Shown here in pieces: positions 1 to 11,202 of a DNA stretch of 64,000 nt (its first letter is position 1; every line of letters starts with the position of its first letter). The stretch lies in NCBI RefSeq assembly GCF_003334765.1, contig NZ_QOWT01000004.1. One strand, 5' to 3'. The position numbers and the translations under genes are program-made. A model generated the notes under the pieces. The model saw only the letters and a list, made by a program, of their open reading frames with translations. It did no database searches and had not been told where the DNA came from. Source of the stretch: Escherichia coli (GTDB taxonomy: Bacteria > Pseudomonadota > Gammaproteobacteria > Enterobacterales > Enterobacteriaceae).

Positions 1-362
1 AAATCGGCTCAAACATGAAGAAATGAAATGACTGAGTCAGCCGAGAAGTATTTCCCCGCTTATTCGCACCTTCCTTAACTATCCCCCTCTGGAAATACGA
101 CTTGTGAGCATAAGATAAATCTTATGCAAAATACAAATTAAAGATAAGGAAATTGTTACGAAAGCTATTAATTATTGTTGGTAATATAGTTTCAAGTGGT
201 ACTATAACTGGCTGTTAAATGGCATTTATAACTATTAGGTGCAGAGATATTCGCTTAAATGGATTAGTTTCTTTGTGGAAAAGTAACTGATGTTATAATG
301 TATGATGTTGACTATTGCACTATTCCAATAAAACCAGTCAGCTTTAAACAAGCAGCGTCATA

Positions 363-575
363 TTAAGAGAGATAAACATTTGCCGCTGTTGGTCCTCGCA
401 GGCCATTTACGCGGCAAAATTCCACACGTAATCCTGGTATAAGCACTTCTGCGTCGCGGGGAGTGAATGCGGAAATATGGACCTGAACTTCTTTACGACC
501 GTCGGAGGGGATAATGAATCCTTTGCCGCTTTTGCGATCAAAGGTTTTGACAATTCCTGTCATTTTACGGGACAA
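363..575 (-). CDS. cspH: Cold-shock-domain protein CspH (70 aa)
   Basis: 70-aa ORF with CspA-family pattern (KGFGFI-like RNP motif), characteristic length, position next to cspG. Confidence 0.9.
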
Positions 576-860
576 ACAAATTCCTTACTGAAAATACTGC
601 GCTGCACTATACGGGGTTAATAAAATAAAGCCAGCGATATTTAAGACCGCCGGACGGCTAAAATAAAATTTGCTTAATCTCAATTATCATGCGTTAATAG
701 CTGCGTCGGTTTGAAAGACAGACAGCATACAAAGTAGTTTACTAAAGCAGTTCTCATTATCAGGCATTATCCCCTTCTTTTGAGTCTCTCTCCTGAACAC
801 TAAGTAGTTTCTGTATTAAAGCCCTGTTTGCCGAAAGGCCCAAAATGAAGGAAGTAAAAT

Positions 861-1073
861 ATGTCTAATAAAATGACTGGTTTAGTAAAATGGTTTAACG
901 CAGATAAAGGTTTTGGCTTTATCACTCCTGATGATGGCAGCAAAGACGTTTTCGTCCATTTCACCGCCATCCAGAGCAATGAATTCCGCACGCTGAACGA
1001 AAATCAGAAAGTTGAATTTTCTATTGAGCAGGGGCAACGTGGCCCCGCGGCAGCGAACGTTGTTACGCTCTAA
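861..1073 (+). CDS. cspG: Cold-shock protein CspG (70 aa)
   Basis: [26 protein letters not shown]... with canonical cold-shock domain RNP1/RNP2 motifs. Confidence 0.95.
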   Translation: MSNKMTGLVKWFNADKGFGFITPDDGSKDVFVHFTAIQSNEFRTLNENQKVEFSIEQGQRGPAAANVVTL

Positions 1074-1272
1074 GGTTGCCATTATTACTCAACATCTCCA
1101 TTTCCGCTGTCCATGTTGTCATGGTTCACAGTACCGCACATCGGCATTCGATGTGACGGAGCGAAACCCTTTGGGCGCTAAGTGTATTTTTTGTAAATCG
1201 ACGATGATCACCTTTGATAACGTCGCGCTGCAAATACGCACTGACCATGCGCCGCTGGATTTCACAAAATAA
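1012..1272 (+). CDS. ymcF: Small zinc-ribbon-like ORF (CPCC...CIFC), probably ymcF; true start uncertain (ORF-track ATG at 1012 overlaps cspG 3' end; alternative TTG at 1060)
   Basis: ORF contains two Cys pairs (C-P-C-C and C-I-F-C) spaced about 22 aa, typical of a zinc ribbon; lies between cspG and ymcE as in K-12. Confidence 0.45.
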   Translation: MNFLLSRGNVAPRQRTLLRSKVAIITQHLHFRCPCCHGSQYRTSAFDVTERNPLGAKCIFCKSTMITFDNVALQIRTDHAPLDFTK

Positions 1273-1477
1273 TATCAGGCTCCCTCGTGGAGCCTTTTTT
1301 ATATCTGCCTTATTTTTCTTCAACGCTGTATGTATAGTAAGCGATAACCTGTTGATTATTGAATCTTTCGGGGAGATGGCTTATAACATTTCTTACCTGA
1401 CCAGGGTACCGGGAACCAACACCTTACTGGCGTGTTGCTGTCTTTTAAGACCAGAAGAGGTTAACAGTGAATATTGA
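1247..1477 (+). CDS. ymcE: Small membrane protein YmcE/Sfa (76 aa)
   Basis: In-frame Met inside the 87-aa ORF gives [25 protein letters not shown]..., matching recalled YmcE; hydrophobic segment. Confidence 0.6.
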   Translation: MRRWISQNNIRLPRGAFFISALFFFNAVCIVSDNLLIIESFGEMAYNISYLTRVPGTNTLLACCCLLRPEEVNSEY

Positions 1478-1640
1478 AGAGTTAAAAAAACAAGCCGAAA
1501 CGGAAATCGCCGACTTTATCGCGCAAAAAATCGCCGAGCTGAACAAGAATACAGGGAAAGAAGTCTCTGAAATTCGCTTCACCGCACGAGAAAAAATGAC
1601 CGGGCTTGAAAGTTATGATGTCAAAATCAAAATAATGTGA
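1467..1640 (+). CDS. gnsA: GnsA (57 aa, GTG start), putative regulator of unsaturated fatty acid synthesis
   Basis: Manual translation from GTG at 1467 gives MNIEELKKQAETEIADFIAQKIAELNKNTGKEVSEIRFTAREKMTGLESYDVKIKIM; below the ORF-track length cutoff. Confidence 0.8.
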   Translation: MNIEELKKQAETEIADFIAQKIAELNKNTGKEVSEIRFTAREKMTGLESYDVKIKIM

Positions 1641-1646
1641 TTTTGT

Positions 1647-1674
1647 GAACATCACCCCGTGCGAGGTGATGTTC
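1647..1674. terminator. Inverted repeat (gaacatcacc / ggtgatgttc) between convergent gnsA and yccM; likely bidirectional terminator
   Basis: 10-bp perfect inverted repeat with 8-nt loop, flanked by T-rich (upstream) and A-rich... tracts, located between two convergent stops. Confidence 0.5.
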
Positions 1675-1688
1675 CGCTTGTTGCTAAT

Positions 1689-2762
1689 TTAGTGACCAAT
1701 CATTGGCGCTTGTGGAATTAAGCGTCGGTACAATTCCTCCGGCACCGGGCTTTGCCATACTCCCGCATACATTGCGTAACCAATCACCGCAAACATAATC
1801 CCCAGAACCAGTAGCGTCATTAACCAGCCAGACAACGCAAAGGCTTTTTTATTTGCCGCAGGTTTTTGCAGTGAAAAGGTCAATGTTGAGGCTACCGGAC
1901 ATGACTCTACGCAAGTCATACAGCCGGTACATTCCACTGTTCGTACCTGAATTAATTTATCGACCGGGATCCGTGATGGGCAATTTTTTGCGCATTTGCC
2001 ACAGTCGATACAACTTTCGGCATTGCGACGAATCTTAAACGGCGACAATAGCGAAACCACGCCCATCAGCGCGCCATATGGGCAAAGATAACGACACCAG
2101 GCATGGCGAATAAACAGGCTGGCAATCAGCAAAACGGTCACGCTGATTAATGTCGCGGTCCCCATATGACGAAAGAAATCGAGCATTTTAACGTCCATCA
2201 CCACGCTGTAGGGCGACAACATAAAATAGTGAATCGCCTGAGCGGGCATCAATAACGCGATATAGATAAAAAAACTCAACAGCAAATACTTCACGCCGCG
2301 CAGAGGAATATCCAGCCAGCGGGGAAGGACACATTGCCGACCAAACAGTTTGTTACCGAGATCGCCGATTAATTCAGAAAGCGTACCAACCGGGCATAAC
2401 CATGAGCAAAAGGCCTTTTTGAGTAATAGACTGATGACGATAAAAGCGACCAATAACAGCATCGCGGCGGCGTGGACGGACGGTAACTGACCTGTTACAA
2501 GGCTATATTTCAGATTCATCAGCCCGGCAATCGGTAGCCAGCCTTCGATACCTCCCGGTCTGGCGACAAATGTCGTGCTACTTGCCGTTTCGTAATAGCG
2601 CACCCAATACCAGAACGTGATGGCAATATAAATATTCATTGCCAACAGTAATAATTGCGTCGCTTTACGCCAGGTCGTGGCATTACGCCAGTCATTCCAC
2701 GGTAATTTGCCGCCCGTCGTGCCTGGCCGCCGCTGCCAGCGGGTTCTTTTATTCTCTGCCAT
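1689..2762 (-). CDS. yccM: Polyferredoxin-like inner membrane protein YccM (4Fe-4S clusters)
   Basis: 357-aa ORF with multiple TM segments and CxxCxxCxxxCP ferredoxin motifs (CIDCGKCAKNCP, CTGCMTCVESCP). Confidence 0.85.
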   Translation of the reverse strand: MAENKRTRWQRRPGTTGGKLPWNDWRNATTWRKATQLLLLAMNIYIAITFWYWVRYYETASSTTFVARPGGIEGWLPIAGLMNLKYSLVTGQLPSVHAAAMLLLVAFIVISLLLKKAFCSWLCPVGTLSELIGDLGNKLFGRQCVLPRWLDIPLRGVKYLLLSFFIYIALLMPAQAIHYFMLSPYSVVMDVKMLDFFRHMGTATLISVTVLLIASLFIRHAWCRYLCPYGALMGVVSLLSPFKIRRNAESCIDCGKCAKNCPSRIPVDKLIQVRTVECTGCMTCVESCPVASTLTFSLQKPAANKKAFALSGWLMTLLVLGIMFAVIGYAMYAGVWQSPVPEELYRRLIPQAPMIGH

Positions 2763-2833
2763 GATTTTGCCAGTCCGTTAAGTTGTATACCAAATGCCAC
2801 TATTCTAGTTGTTCTTAACTGGCTGATATTGAT

Positions 2834-5578
2834 TCAAATCGCGTTCAGGTCTTTCTTATGCAACCATGCTTCCAGAGCGGCAACACTGCGTGTAATTTCT
2901 TCGTGTGGAAGGGGGGCAGATAATGGCTGCTGCTCCAGTTGTGCGCATAGCTGGCTGGCGATATGCATTCCCAGACTCGAGCAACTGCTTTTTAGCTGAT
3001 GCGCGGCACGCTTTATTTTCTCGCTATCCTGACTGGCGCGGGCAATGTCGATTTCATCGAGAAGCGGCAGGGCATGTTGTGTAAATAATACCAGCCATTC
3101 GTGGATCTTCTCCGTCCCCATTAACTGAGCATCTTCATTGAGTTGCGATACATCCAGCGATTGATCATTATTGACTTGCAGTTGGAGATAGTGCGCCAGT
3201 AACTGACCGAGCACTTCACGCGGCACCGGTTTAGGGATAATCCCGCGGAATAATGAACTGGTACGCTGGCGCAGCGTTTCGTCAATGACATGGGCGCTAA
3301 AGCCAATCAAAACCAGCGACGGATATTGCTGTGCCAGTTGTCGGGCAAGCGTAATGCCGTCGATATCCGGCAGATCAAAATCCACCAGTGCGGCAGCAAA
3401 CGGTTCGCTATTTTGCAGTGTCTCTAAAGCCTGCGCGGCATTGCCAACAGCAACAATCTGTGCACCACTGGTTTTCAGCATCTCAATGGTAATTCGCTGG
3501 GTTAGCGGGTTATCTTCAATTAACAGCAAACGTAAACCGTCAAGACGCACCGCCTGATTGACTGTTTTTGGCACGGGTGCCGTGGCAACACGTAACGGCA
3601 AGCGTAAACAAAAACAGCTTCCAACCTCCGGCGTGCTGGTGGCGCTCAGTTCGCCGCCCATCGCCTGGGCCAGACGGCTACTGATAGTCAGTCCCAGCCC
3701 GGTGCCGCCGCGTTTGCCGCTTACCTGCACAAATGGCTGGAAGATTTCTGCCAGTTTCGCGGGATCAATACCGCAGCCGCTGTCTTCCACTTCGACCAGC
3801 CATTGCTCGCCATCAGTGCGACTACGCAGGATAATGTACCCTTCGTCAGTAAAACGCAGGGCGTTGCTCAACAGGTTGGTTATAACCTGACGAATACGTC
3901 GTGGATCGCCCATTAACGCGCACGGCATATCATCGGCAATTGCCGTTGCCAGGCGAATCGGGCGACCTTTCACCCGTCCGCTCATTAATTGCAGGGTACT
4001 TTCCAGCAGCGGGCGCGGTTCAAAGGGCTCATCGCTGACCGAAACATTCTTGCCACCTGCTTCGATAGCGGAATAATCGAGAATATCGTTGAGGATGGTC
4101 AGCAACGATTCACCAGAGTCAGTAATTGCCCGCAAATCATCACGCTGGGCGTTAAGTGCGGGGTTATCTGCCAGCAGTTGAGCAGTGCCGAGAATACCGT
4201 ACAGCGGTGTGCGGATCTCATGGCTCATCGCCGCCAGAAACGCCGATTTTGCCTGGCTGGCTTTTTCTGCTTCCGCCCGTGCCTGTCGGTGTTCTATCAC
4301 CAGTTCCTGCAATTCAGCTGTACGCGCTTTGACCTGCGCCGCCAGCTGTTCGCGGTGGCGATTCAGTGCATGAACATTGCTGCGAAACGCATCCATCAGC
4401 CGCCCGATGGTATCCAGCTCCCGTACGCCAGCGGTTTCCGGGAAAGGGGAGTCAATATCACCGTCCAGCAGCCGTTGCAGCGCCTGCGTTTGTTCGGCAA
4501 GTGGACGCGTGACTGAGCGATAAACCACGCGCCAGAGGATCAGAATCAGTGCGCAAAGTGAAACCATCCCCAGCAATAACAGGCTGTATTGCCCGCGTGC
4601 ACTCGCTTTTTCCAGATGCGCCAGTCCGTGCTGATTACGCAGCTCAATGGTGTCGACCAGCTGACTGACTTCGCTACTAAACTGCGCGAACTGGGCGATG
4701 TTATTTTGTGCGAGAGTTTGTAGGTGATTGCTGATTTCACTGTCCTGCTGATACAGCGCCAGCAAATCGCTATATTGGCTAACGGTAGTTAACGTTGTTG
4801 CGACCTGCGCACGAACACCCGGATCTTCAATGCGTATTTGCCGACGTTGCAGAATTTTCACCGCATTATTGAGCTGCTTTTCCAGCGTTGGTGCATTTTT
4901 CTGGATCTGCTCCAGCCCCAGATTCATCACCATTTGCTGCACCCGCAGAGCGCTAAGGCGCAGTTCATTCATCTGGTTAACATACTCAAGATCGATATCA
5001 ATCAGCCGATCGAGTGCACTTTCAGCAGCCTGACGCTGATCTTGTTCGATCAAATCGTAAATCCCGGCCTGGGTCGCTCCAGCGGAAGTTGTCGCATTAT
5101 TCGCCTGACCTTGCGCCAGGCGTGCGATCTCATCGGCGGCAGCGACTATCTGCTGACTGAGTTGCTGTTGTTGCTGGCGCAGTTGCAAACGCTGCCCCAC
5201 CAGTTCCCCTTGCTGACGTAACGAACGGGAGATCTCCTGCTCCTGTTGTTCAATAGCGGTGGTATCAAAACCTTGTTCCCGTAACGCTTGCAGCAACGCA
5301 TTAATCTTCAGGCTTTGTGCGGTGAGCATTCGCCCCTGCGCCTGCCACATCTTTTCGTTATCGGCACTGGTCAGGTTCTGCGCGGCGAAAAGTTCCCAGG
5401 CGCTGGCTTCGCTCAACTGGCGCGCCATATTCATGGTAGGAATCAATGCCTGAGTGTTGTCTTTTTCCACCTGGCTGATAAAGCGCAGGTTGTACCATCC
5501 CACCAGGGTACTGGTCAGGGTTAACAGCGCCATCAGGGCAAAGCCCATCCAGAGTCTTCGGGTCAGGGTTAAATTCAC
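2834..5578 (-). CDS. torS: TMAO sensor hybrid histidine kinase TorS
   Basis: 914-aa ORF with N-terminal TM/periplasmic region, HisKA motif (MSHEIRTPL), HATPase, receiver domain and C-terminal HPt; adjacent to torT/torR. Confidence 0.95.
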   Translation of the reverse strand: MNLTLTRRLWMGFALMALLTLTSTLVGWYNLRFISQVEKDNTQALIPTMNMARQLSEASAWELFAAQNLTSADNEKMWQAQGRMLTAQSLKINALLQALREQGFDTTAIEQQEQEISRSLRQQGELVGQRLQLRQQQQQLSQQIVAAADEIARLAQGQANNATTSAGATQAGIYDLIEQDQRQAAESALDRLIDIDLEYVNQMNELRLSALRVQQMVMNLGLEQIQKNAPTLEKQLNNAVKILQRRQIRIEDPGVRAQVATTLTTVSQYSDLLALYQQDSEISNHLQTLAQNNIAQFAQFSSEVSQLVDTIELRNQHGLAHLEKASARGQYSLLLLGMVSLCALILILWRVVYRSVTRPLAEQTQALQRLLDGDIDSPFPETAGVRELDTIGRLMDAFRSNVHALNRHREQLAAQVKARTAELQELVIEHRQARAEAEKASQAKSAFLAAMSHEIRTPLYGILGTAQLLADNPALNAQRDDLRAITDSGESLLTILNDILDYSAIEAGGKNVSVSDEPFEPRPLLESTLQLMSGRVKGRPIRLATAIADDMPCALMGDPRRIRQVITNLLSNALRFTDEGYIILRSRTDGEQWLVEVEDSGCGIDPAKLAEIFQPFVQVSGKRGGTGLGLTISSRLAQAMGGELSATSTPEVGSCFCLRLPLRVATAPVPKTVNQAVRLDGLRLLLIEDNPLTQRITIEMLKTSGAQIVAVGNAAQALETLQNSEPFAAALVDFDLPDIDGITLARQLAQQYPSLVLIGFSAHVIDETLRQRTSSLFRGIIPKPVPREVLGQLLAHYLQLQVNNDQSLDVSQLNEDAQLMGTEKIHEWLVLFTQHALPLLDEIDIARASQDSEKIKRAAHQLKSSCSSLGMHIASQLCAQLEQQPLSAPLPHEEITRSVAALEAWLHKKDLNAI

Positions 5579-5660
5579 GGTCGGTGCACTTTAGGTGAAA
5601 AAGGTTGAGTCGCAAAGCGGAATGCATCTAGCATAAAGCCTTATTATTGATGAGGCTATC

Positions 5661-6689
5661 ATGCGCGTACTGCTATTTTTACTTCTTTCCCTTTTCATGT
5701 TGCCGGCATTTTCGGCTGATAACCTGTTGCGCTGGCATGATGCGCAGCATTTCACGGTGCAAGCCTCTACGCCGCTTAAAGCCAAACGCGCATGGAAACT
5801 GTGCGCGCTTTATCCCAGCCTGAAAGATTCATATTGGTTATCGTTGAACTATGGTATGCAGGAGGCTGCTCGCCGCTACGGTGTGGATTTAAAAGTGCTG
5901 GAGGCAGGCGGCTACAGCCAGTTGGCTACCCAGCAAGCACAAATCGACCAGTGTAAACAGTGGGGCGCAGAGGCCATTTTGCTCGGTAGTAGCACGACCT
6001 CATTTCCCGACCTGCAAAAGCAGGTAGCAAGTCTGCCGGTGATCGAACTGGTAAATGCTATTGATGCTCCCCAGGTGAAAAGCCGCGTTGGTGTGCCCTG
6101 GTTTCAGATGGGCTATCAACCGGGGCGATATCTGGTGCAATGGGCGCACGGTAAACCACTGAATGTGCTGTTGATGCCCGGACCCGATAACGCCGGGGGC
6201 AGTAAGGAGATGGTCGAGGGTTTTCGCGCAGCCATTGCCGGAAGCCCGGTGCGTATTGTTGATATTGCGCTTGGTGATAACGATATTGAAATCCAGCGTA
6301 ACCTGTTGCAGGAGATGCTGGAACGCCATCCAGAAATCGACGTCGTTGCCGGAACGGCCATTGCGGCAGAGGCGGCAATGGGGGAAGGGCGTAACCTGAA
6401 AACGCCGCTTACCGTGGTGTCGTTTTATCTTTCACATCAGGTGTATCGCGGGCTGAAGCGGGGAAGAGTGATTATGGCTGCCAGCGATCAAATGGTCTGG
6501 CAGGGGGAACTGGCGGTTGAGCAGGCCATCAGGCAATTACAGGGGCAATCGGTTTCTGATAATGTCAGCCCACCGATTTTAGTTCTGACGCCGAAAAATG
6601 CCGACCGTGAACATATTCGCCGCTCGCTGTCACCAGGGGGATTTCGTCCGGTCTATTTTTATCAGCACACATCAGCGGCTAAGAAATAA
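5661..6689 (+). CDS. torT: Periplasmic TMAO-binding protein TorT
   Basis: 342-aa ORF with signal peptide and periplasmic-binding-protein fold features; divergent from torS. Confidence 0.9.
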   Translation: MRVLLFLLLSLFMLPAFSADNLLRWHDAQHFTVQASTPLKAKRAWKLCALYPSLKDSYWLSLNYGMQEAARRYGVDLKVLEAGGYSQLATQQAQIDQCKQWGAEAILLGSSTTSFPDLQKQVASLPVIELVNAIDAPQVKSRVGVPWFQMGYQPGRYLVQWAHGKPLNVLLMPGPDNAGGSKEMVEGFRAAIAGSPVRIVDIALGDNDIEIQRNLLQEMLERHPEIDVVAGTAIAAEAAMGEGRNLKTPLTVVSFYLSHQVYRGLKRGRVIMAASDQMVWQGELAVEQAIRQLQGQSVSDNVSPPILVLTPKNADREHIRRSLSPGGFRPVYFYQHTSAAKK

Positions 6690-7354
6690 CCTTCACCATG
6701 TTGCGTCACCAGTAAATCCGCGCTGAGTTTATGACGTAAACGACGAATTAACACATCGACGGTGCGCAGGTCAGGGTTTTCCACCCGACGCGCAGAAAGC
6801 ATACGTAGCAGACGTTCACGGCTGAGAATTTCGCCCGGATTCGTCACAAATGCCACCAACATTTCATACTCTGCGCGGGTCAGTTTAATCGGCTCGCCAT
6901 CCCGCTCCAGCGTATGGCGCGACACATTCAGGCAATAACCGGCAAAGCGATAGCAGTTGTCCTGAGTGTGCGGTTGAGCTTGTCGCGCGAGGTCGATTCG
7001 CCAGAGCAGATTTTTCACCCGTACTACCAGTTCGCGCAGTTCCAGCGGTTTGGTGACGTAATCGTCTGCGCCCATTTCCAGCCCAACAATACGGTCAATC
7101 CGATCGCTGCGTCCGGTAACCAGAATAATCCCCACCGTTGAGCGTTCTCGCAGGGCGCGGGTTAACATCAGGCCATTTTCATCGGGTAAGTTGATATCCA
7201 GCAGAATTAAATCTACCGACTGATTCTGCATAATTTCCCGTAGCCCGGCACCGCTCGCCGTAACGGAAACGGTATACCCCTCCTGAGTGAAGTAGGATTG
7301 TAATCGCGCCTGGGTAACCGGCTCATCTTCAACAATAACAATGTGATGTGGCAT
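6662..7354 (-). CDS. torR: Response regulator TorR (OmpR family)
   Basis: 230-aa ORF with receiver domain (VEDEPVT...DINLPDENG) and winged-helix C-terminus; 3' end overlaps torT 3' end by 28 nt. Confidence 0.95.
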   Translation of the reverse strand: MPHHIVIVEDEPVTQARLQSYFTQEGYTVSVTASGAGLREIMQNQSVDLILLDINLPDENGLMLTRALRERSTVGIILVTGRSDRIDRIVGLEMGADDYVTKPLELRELVVRVKNLLWRIDLARQAQPHTQDNCYRFAGYCLNVSRHTLERDGEPIKLTRAEYEMLVAFVTNPGEILSRERLLRMLSARRVENPDLRTVDVLIRRLRHKLSADLLVTQHGEGYFLAADVC

Positions 7355-7372
7355 CAGAGGGTTTTACTCATT

Positions 7373-7435
7373 CTGTTCATATCTGTTCATATTCTGCCGT
7401 AAGCCGTTCATCCTGACCAGTGCCGCTGTTCATAT
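7373..7435. promoter_or_regulatory. Four decameric tor boxes (CTGTTCATAT x3 plus CCGTTCATCC), TorR binding sites of the torCAD/torR control region
   Basis: Direct repeats read at 7373-7382, 7383-7392, 7404-7413 and 7426-7435 in the torR-torC intergenic region. Confidence 0.85.
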
Positions 7436-7483
7436 TTGCTCATTAAGATCGCTTCACTAAACCATAATTCTACAGGGGTTATT

Positions 7484-8656
7484 ATGCGGAAACTCTGGAA
7501 CGCGCTACGCCGACCCAGTGCTCGTTGGTCGGTACTGGCGCTGGTCGCAATTGGGATTGTGATTGGCATTGCGCTGATTGTATTGCCACACGTTGGGATC
7601 AAAGTCACCAGCACAACCGAATTTTGTGTCAGTTGCCACAGTATGCAACCGGTGTATGAAGAATATAAACAGTCGGTGCATTTCCAGAACGCCTCCGGCG
7701 TGCGAGCTGAATGCCATGACTGTCATATCCCGCCGGATATTCCAGGCATGGTGAAGCGCAAACTGGAAGCGAGCAATGATATCTACCAGACCTTTATTGC
7801 TCACTCCATTGATACACCTGAAAAATTCGAAGCCAAACGCGCGGAACTTGCCGAGCGTGAATGGGCGCGAATGAAAGAAAACAACTCGGCAACCTGCCGC
7901 TCCTGCCATAACTACGATGCGATGGATCATGCGAAGCAGCATCCTGAAGCAGCACGTCAGATGAAGGTGGCAGCGAAAGATAATCAATCCTGCATCGACT
8001 GTCATAAAGGTATTGCCCACCAGTTACCGGATATGAGTAGCGGCTTCCGTAAGCAGTTCGATGAGCTGCGCGCCAGTGCTAATGACAGTGGTGACACGCT
8101 GTACTCTATTGATATTAAGCCAATTTATGCGGCGAAAGGCGATAAAGAAGCCTCTGGTTCTCTGCTGCCTGCTTCGGAAGTGAAAGTCCTTAAACGTGAC
8201 GGCGACTGGCTGCAAATTGAAATTACCGGCTGGACGGAAAGCGCCGGACGTCAGCGTGTACTCACCCAATTCCCAGGTAAACGCATCTTTGTTGCCTCGA
8301 TTCGTGGTGATGTGCAGCAGCAGGTAAAAACGCTGGAGAAAACCACCGTTGCCGACACCAATACCGAGTGGAGCAAGTTGCAGGCCACTGCGTGGATGAA
8401 GAAAGGCGACATGGTGAACGATATCAAACCGATCTGGGCTTATGCGGATTCGTTGTACAACGGCACCTGTAACCAGTGCCACGGCGCACCGGAAATCGCC
8501 CACTTTGACGCTAACGGTTGGATCGGCACGCTCAACGGCATGATTGGCTTTACCAGTCTCGATAAACGTGAAGAACGCACCTTGTTGAAATATCTGCAAA
8601 TGAATGCGTCTGACACCGCAGGTAAGGCTCACGGCGATAAGAAGGAAGAAAAATAA
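7484..8656 (+). CDS. torC: Pentahaem c-type cytochrome TorC
   Basis: 390-aa frame from MRKLWNALRR; multiple CxxCH haem-binding motifs (CVSCH, CHDCH, CRSCH, CIDCH, CNQCH); NapC/NirT family. Confidence 0.95.
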   Translation: MRKLWNALRRPSARWSVLALVAIGIVIGIALIVLPHVGIKVTSTTEFCVSCHSMQPVYEEYKQSVHFQNASGVRAECHDCHIPPDIPGMVKRKLEASNDIYQTFIAHSIDTPEKFEAKRAELAEREWARMKENNSATCRSCHNYDAMDHAKQHPEAARQMKVAAKDNQSCIDCHKGIAHQLPDMSSGFRKQFDELRASANDSGDTLYSIDIKPIYAAKGDKEASGSLLPASEVKVLKRDGDWLQIEITGWTESAGRQRVLTQFPGKRIFVASIRGDVQQQVKTLEKTTVADTNTEWSKLQATAWMKKGDMVNDIKPIWAYADSLYNGTCNQCHGAPEIAHFDANGWIGTLNGMIGFTSLDKREERTLLKYLQMNASDTAGKAHGDKKEEK

Positions 8657-11202
8657 TGAACAATAACGATCTCTTTCAGGCATCACGTCGGCGTTTTCTG
8701 GCACAACTCGGCGGCTTAACCGTCGCCGGGATGCTGGGGCCGTCATTGTTAACGCCGCGACGTGCGACTGCGGCGCAAGCGGCGACTGACGCTGTCATCT
8801 CGAAAGAGGGCATTCTTACCGGGTCGCACTGGGGGGCTATCCGCGCGACGGTGAAGGATGGTCGCTTTGTGGCGGCAAAACCGTTCGAACTGGATAAATA
8901 TCCGTCGAAAATGATTGCCGGATTGCCGGATCACGTACACAACGCGGCGCGTATTCGTTATCCGATGGTACGCGTGGACTGGCTGCGTAAGCGCCATCTC
9001 AGCGATACCTCCCAGCGCGGTGATAACCGTTTTGTGCGCGTGAGCTGGGATGAAGCCCTCGACATGTTCTATGAAGAACTGGAACGCGTGCAGAAAACTC
9101 ACGGGCCGAGTGCCTTGCTGACCGCCAGTGGTTGGCAATCGACGGGGATGTTCCATAACGCTTCGGGGATGCTGGCGAAAGCTATTGCCTTGCATGGTAA
9201 TAGCGTTGGTACGGGCGGAGATTACTCTACCGGTGCTGCGCAGGTGATCCTGCCGCGCGTAGTCGGTTCGATGGAAGTGTATGAACAGCAAACCTCCTGG
9301 CCGCTGGTATTGCAGAACAGCAAAACCATTGTGCTGTGGGGCTCCGATTTGCTGAAAAACCAGCAAGCGAACTGGTGGTGCCCGGATCACGATGTTTATG
9401 AATATTACGCGCAGCTAAAAGCGAAAGTCGCCGCCGGTGAAATTGAGGTCATCAGCATCGATCCGGTTGTCACATCCACCCATGAGTATCTGGGGCGCGA
9501 GCATGTGAAGCACATTGCGGTTAACCCGCAAACTGACGTGCCGCTGCAACTGGCGCTGGCACATACGCTGTACAGTGAAAACCTGTACGACAAAAACTTC
9601 CTTGCTAACTACTGTGTGGGTTTTGAGCAGTTCCTGCCGTATCTGCTGGGTGAGAAAGACGGTCAGCCGAAAGATGCCGCATGGGCTGAAAAACTGACCG
9701 GCATTGATGCCGAAACCATTCGTGGGCTGGCGCGGCAGATGGCGGCGAACAGAACGCAAATTATTGCTGGCTGGTGCGTGCAGCGTATGCAGCACGGTGA
9801 ACAGTGGGCGTGGATGATTGTGGTTCTGGCGGCGATGCTGGGGCAAATTGGCCTGCCAGGTGGTGGTTTTGGTTTTGGCTGGCACTACAACGGCGCAGGC
9901 ACGCCGGGGCGTAAAGGCGTTATTCTGAGTGGTTTCTCCGGCTCTACGTCGATTCCGCCTGTTCACGACAACAGTGACTACAAAGGCTACAGCAGCACTA
10001 TTCCGATTGCCCGTTTTATCGATGCGATCCTCGAACCGGGGAAAGTGATCAACTGGAACGGTAAATCGGTAAAACTGCCGCCGCTGAAAATGTGTATTTT
10101 TGCCGGAACTAACCCATTCCATCGCCATCAGCAGATCAACCGCATTATTGAAGGCTTGCGCAAGCTGGAAACGGTTATCGCCATAGATAACCAGTGGACC
10201 TCAACCTGCCGCTTTGCCGATATCGTACTGCCTGCGACCACGCAGTTTGAGCGTAACGATCTCGACCAGTACGGCAATCACTCCAACCGTGGCATTATCG
10301 CCATGAAACAGGTGGTGCCGCCGCAGTTCGAGGCGCGCAACGACTTCGATATTTTCCGCGAGCTGTGCCGTCGCTTTAATCGCGAAGAAGCCTTTACCGA
10401 AGGGCTGGACGAAATGGGCTGGCTGAAACGCATCTGGCAGGAAGGTGTACAGCAAGGCAAAGGACGCGGCGTTCATCTGCCAGCGTTTGATGACTTCTGG
10501 AATAACAAAGAGTACGTCGAGTTTGACCATCCGCAGATGTTTGTTCGCCACCAGGCATTCCGCGAAGATCCGGATCTCGAACCGCTGGGCACGCCGAGTG
10601 GCCTGATTGAGATCTACTCGAAAACTATCGCCGATATGAACTACGACGATTGTCAGGGGCATCCGATGTGGTTTGAGAAAATCGAACGCTCCCACGGTGG
10701 GCCTGGCTCGCAAAAGTATCCGTTGCATCTGCAATCTGTGCATCCGGATTTCCGACTTCACTCGCAGTTATGTGAGTCGGAAACGCTGCGTCAGCAATAT
10801 ACGGTAGCGGGTAAAGAGCCAGTATTCATTAACCCGCAGGATGCCAGCGCGCGCGGTATTCGTAACGGTGATGTGGTACGCGTCTTTAACGCTCGCGGTC
10901 AGGTGTTGGCAGGGGCAGTGGTTTCTGACCGCTATGCACCCGGCGTGGCACGAATTCACGAAGGGGCATGGTACGATCCAGATAAAGGCGGCGAGCCTGG
11001 TGCGCTGTGCAAATACGGTAACCCCAACGTGTTGACCATCGACATCGGTACATCGCAGCTGGCGCAGGCGACCAGTGCGCACACTACGCTGGTGGAAATT
11101 GAGAAGTACAACGGAACAGTGGAGCAGGTGACGGCGTTTAACGGCCCCGTGGAGATGGTGGCGCAGTGCGAATATGTTCCCGCGTCGCAGGTGAAATCAT
11201 GA
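8656..11202 (+). CDS. torA: TMAO reductase TorA (molybdoenzyme, Tat-exported)
   Basis: 848-aa ORF with twin-arginine signal ([11 protein letters not shown]) and molybdopterin oxidoreductase domains. Confidence 0.95.

Noticed and set aside
1689-2762. yccM as part of a novel redox system with tor genes
   Set aside because: yccM is a conserved NapH-like polyferredoxin at this position; adjacency to torS is conserved synteny and it is on the opposite side of torS from the tor operon, with no sequence evidence of functional linkage.
2834-11202. Many 60-240-aa ORFs antisense to or nested within torS, torC, torA (for example 3558-3890, 3989-4516, 7505-8020, 8024-8746, 9415-10128)
   Set aside because: They lie entirely within long, well-supported genes whose products match known proteins; such frames are expected by chance in GC-rich coding DNA.
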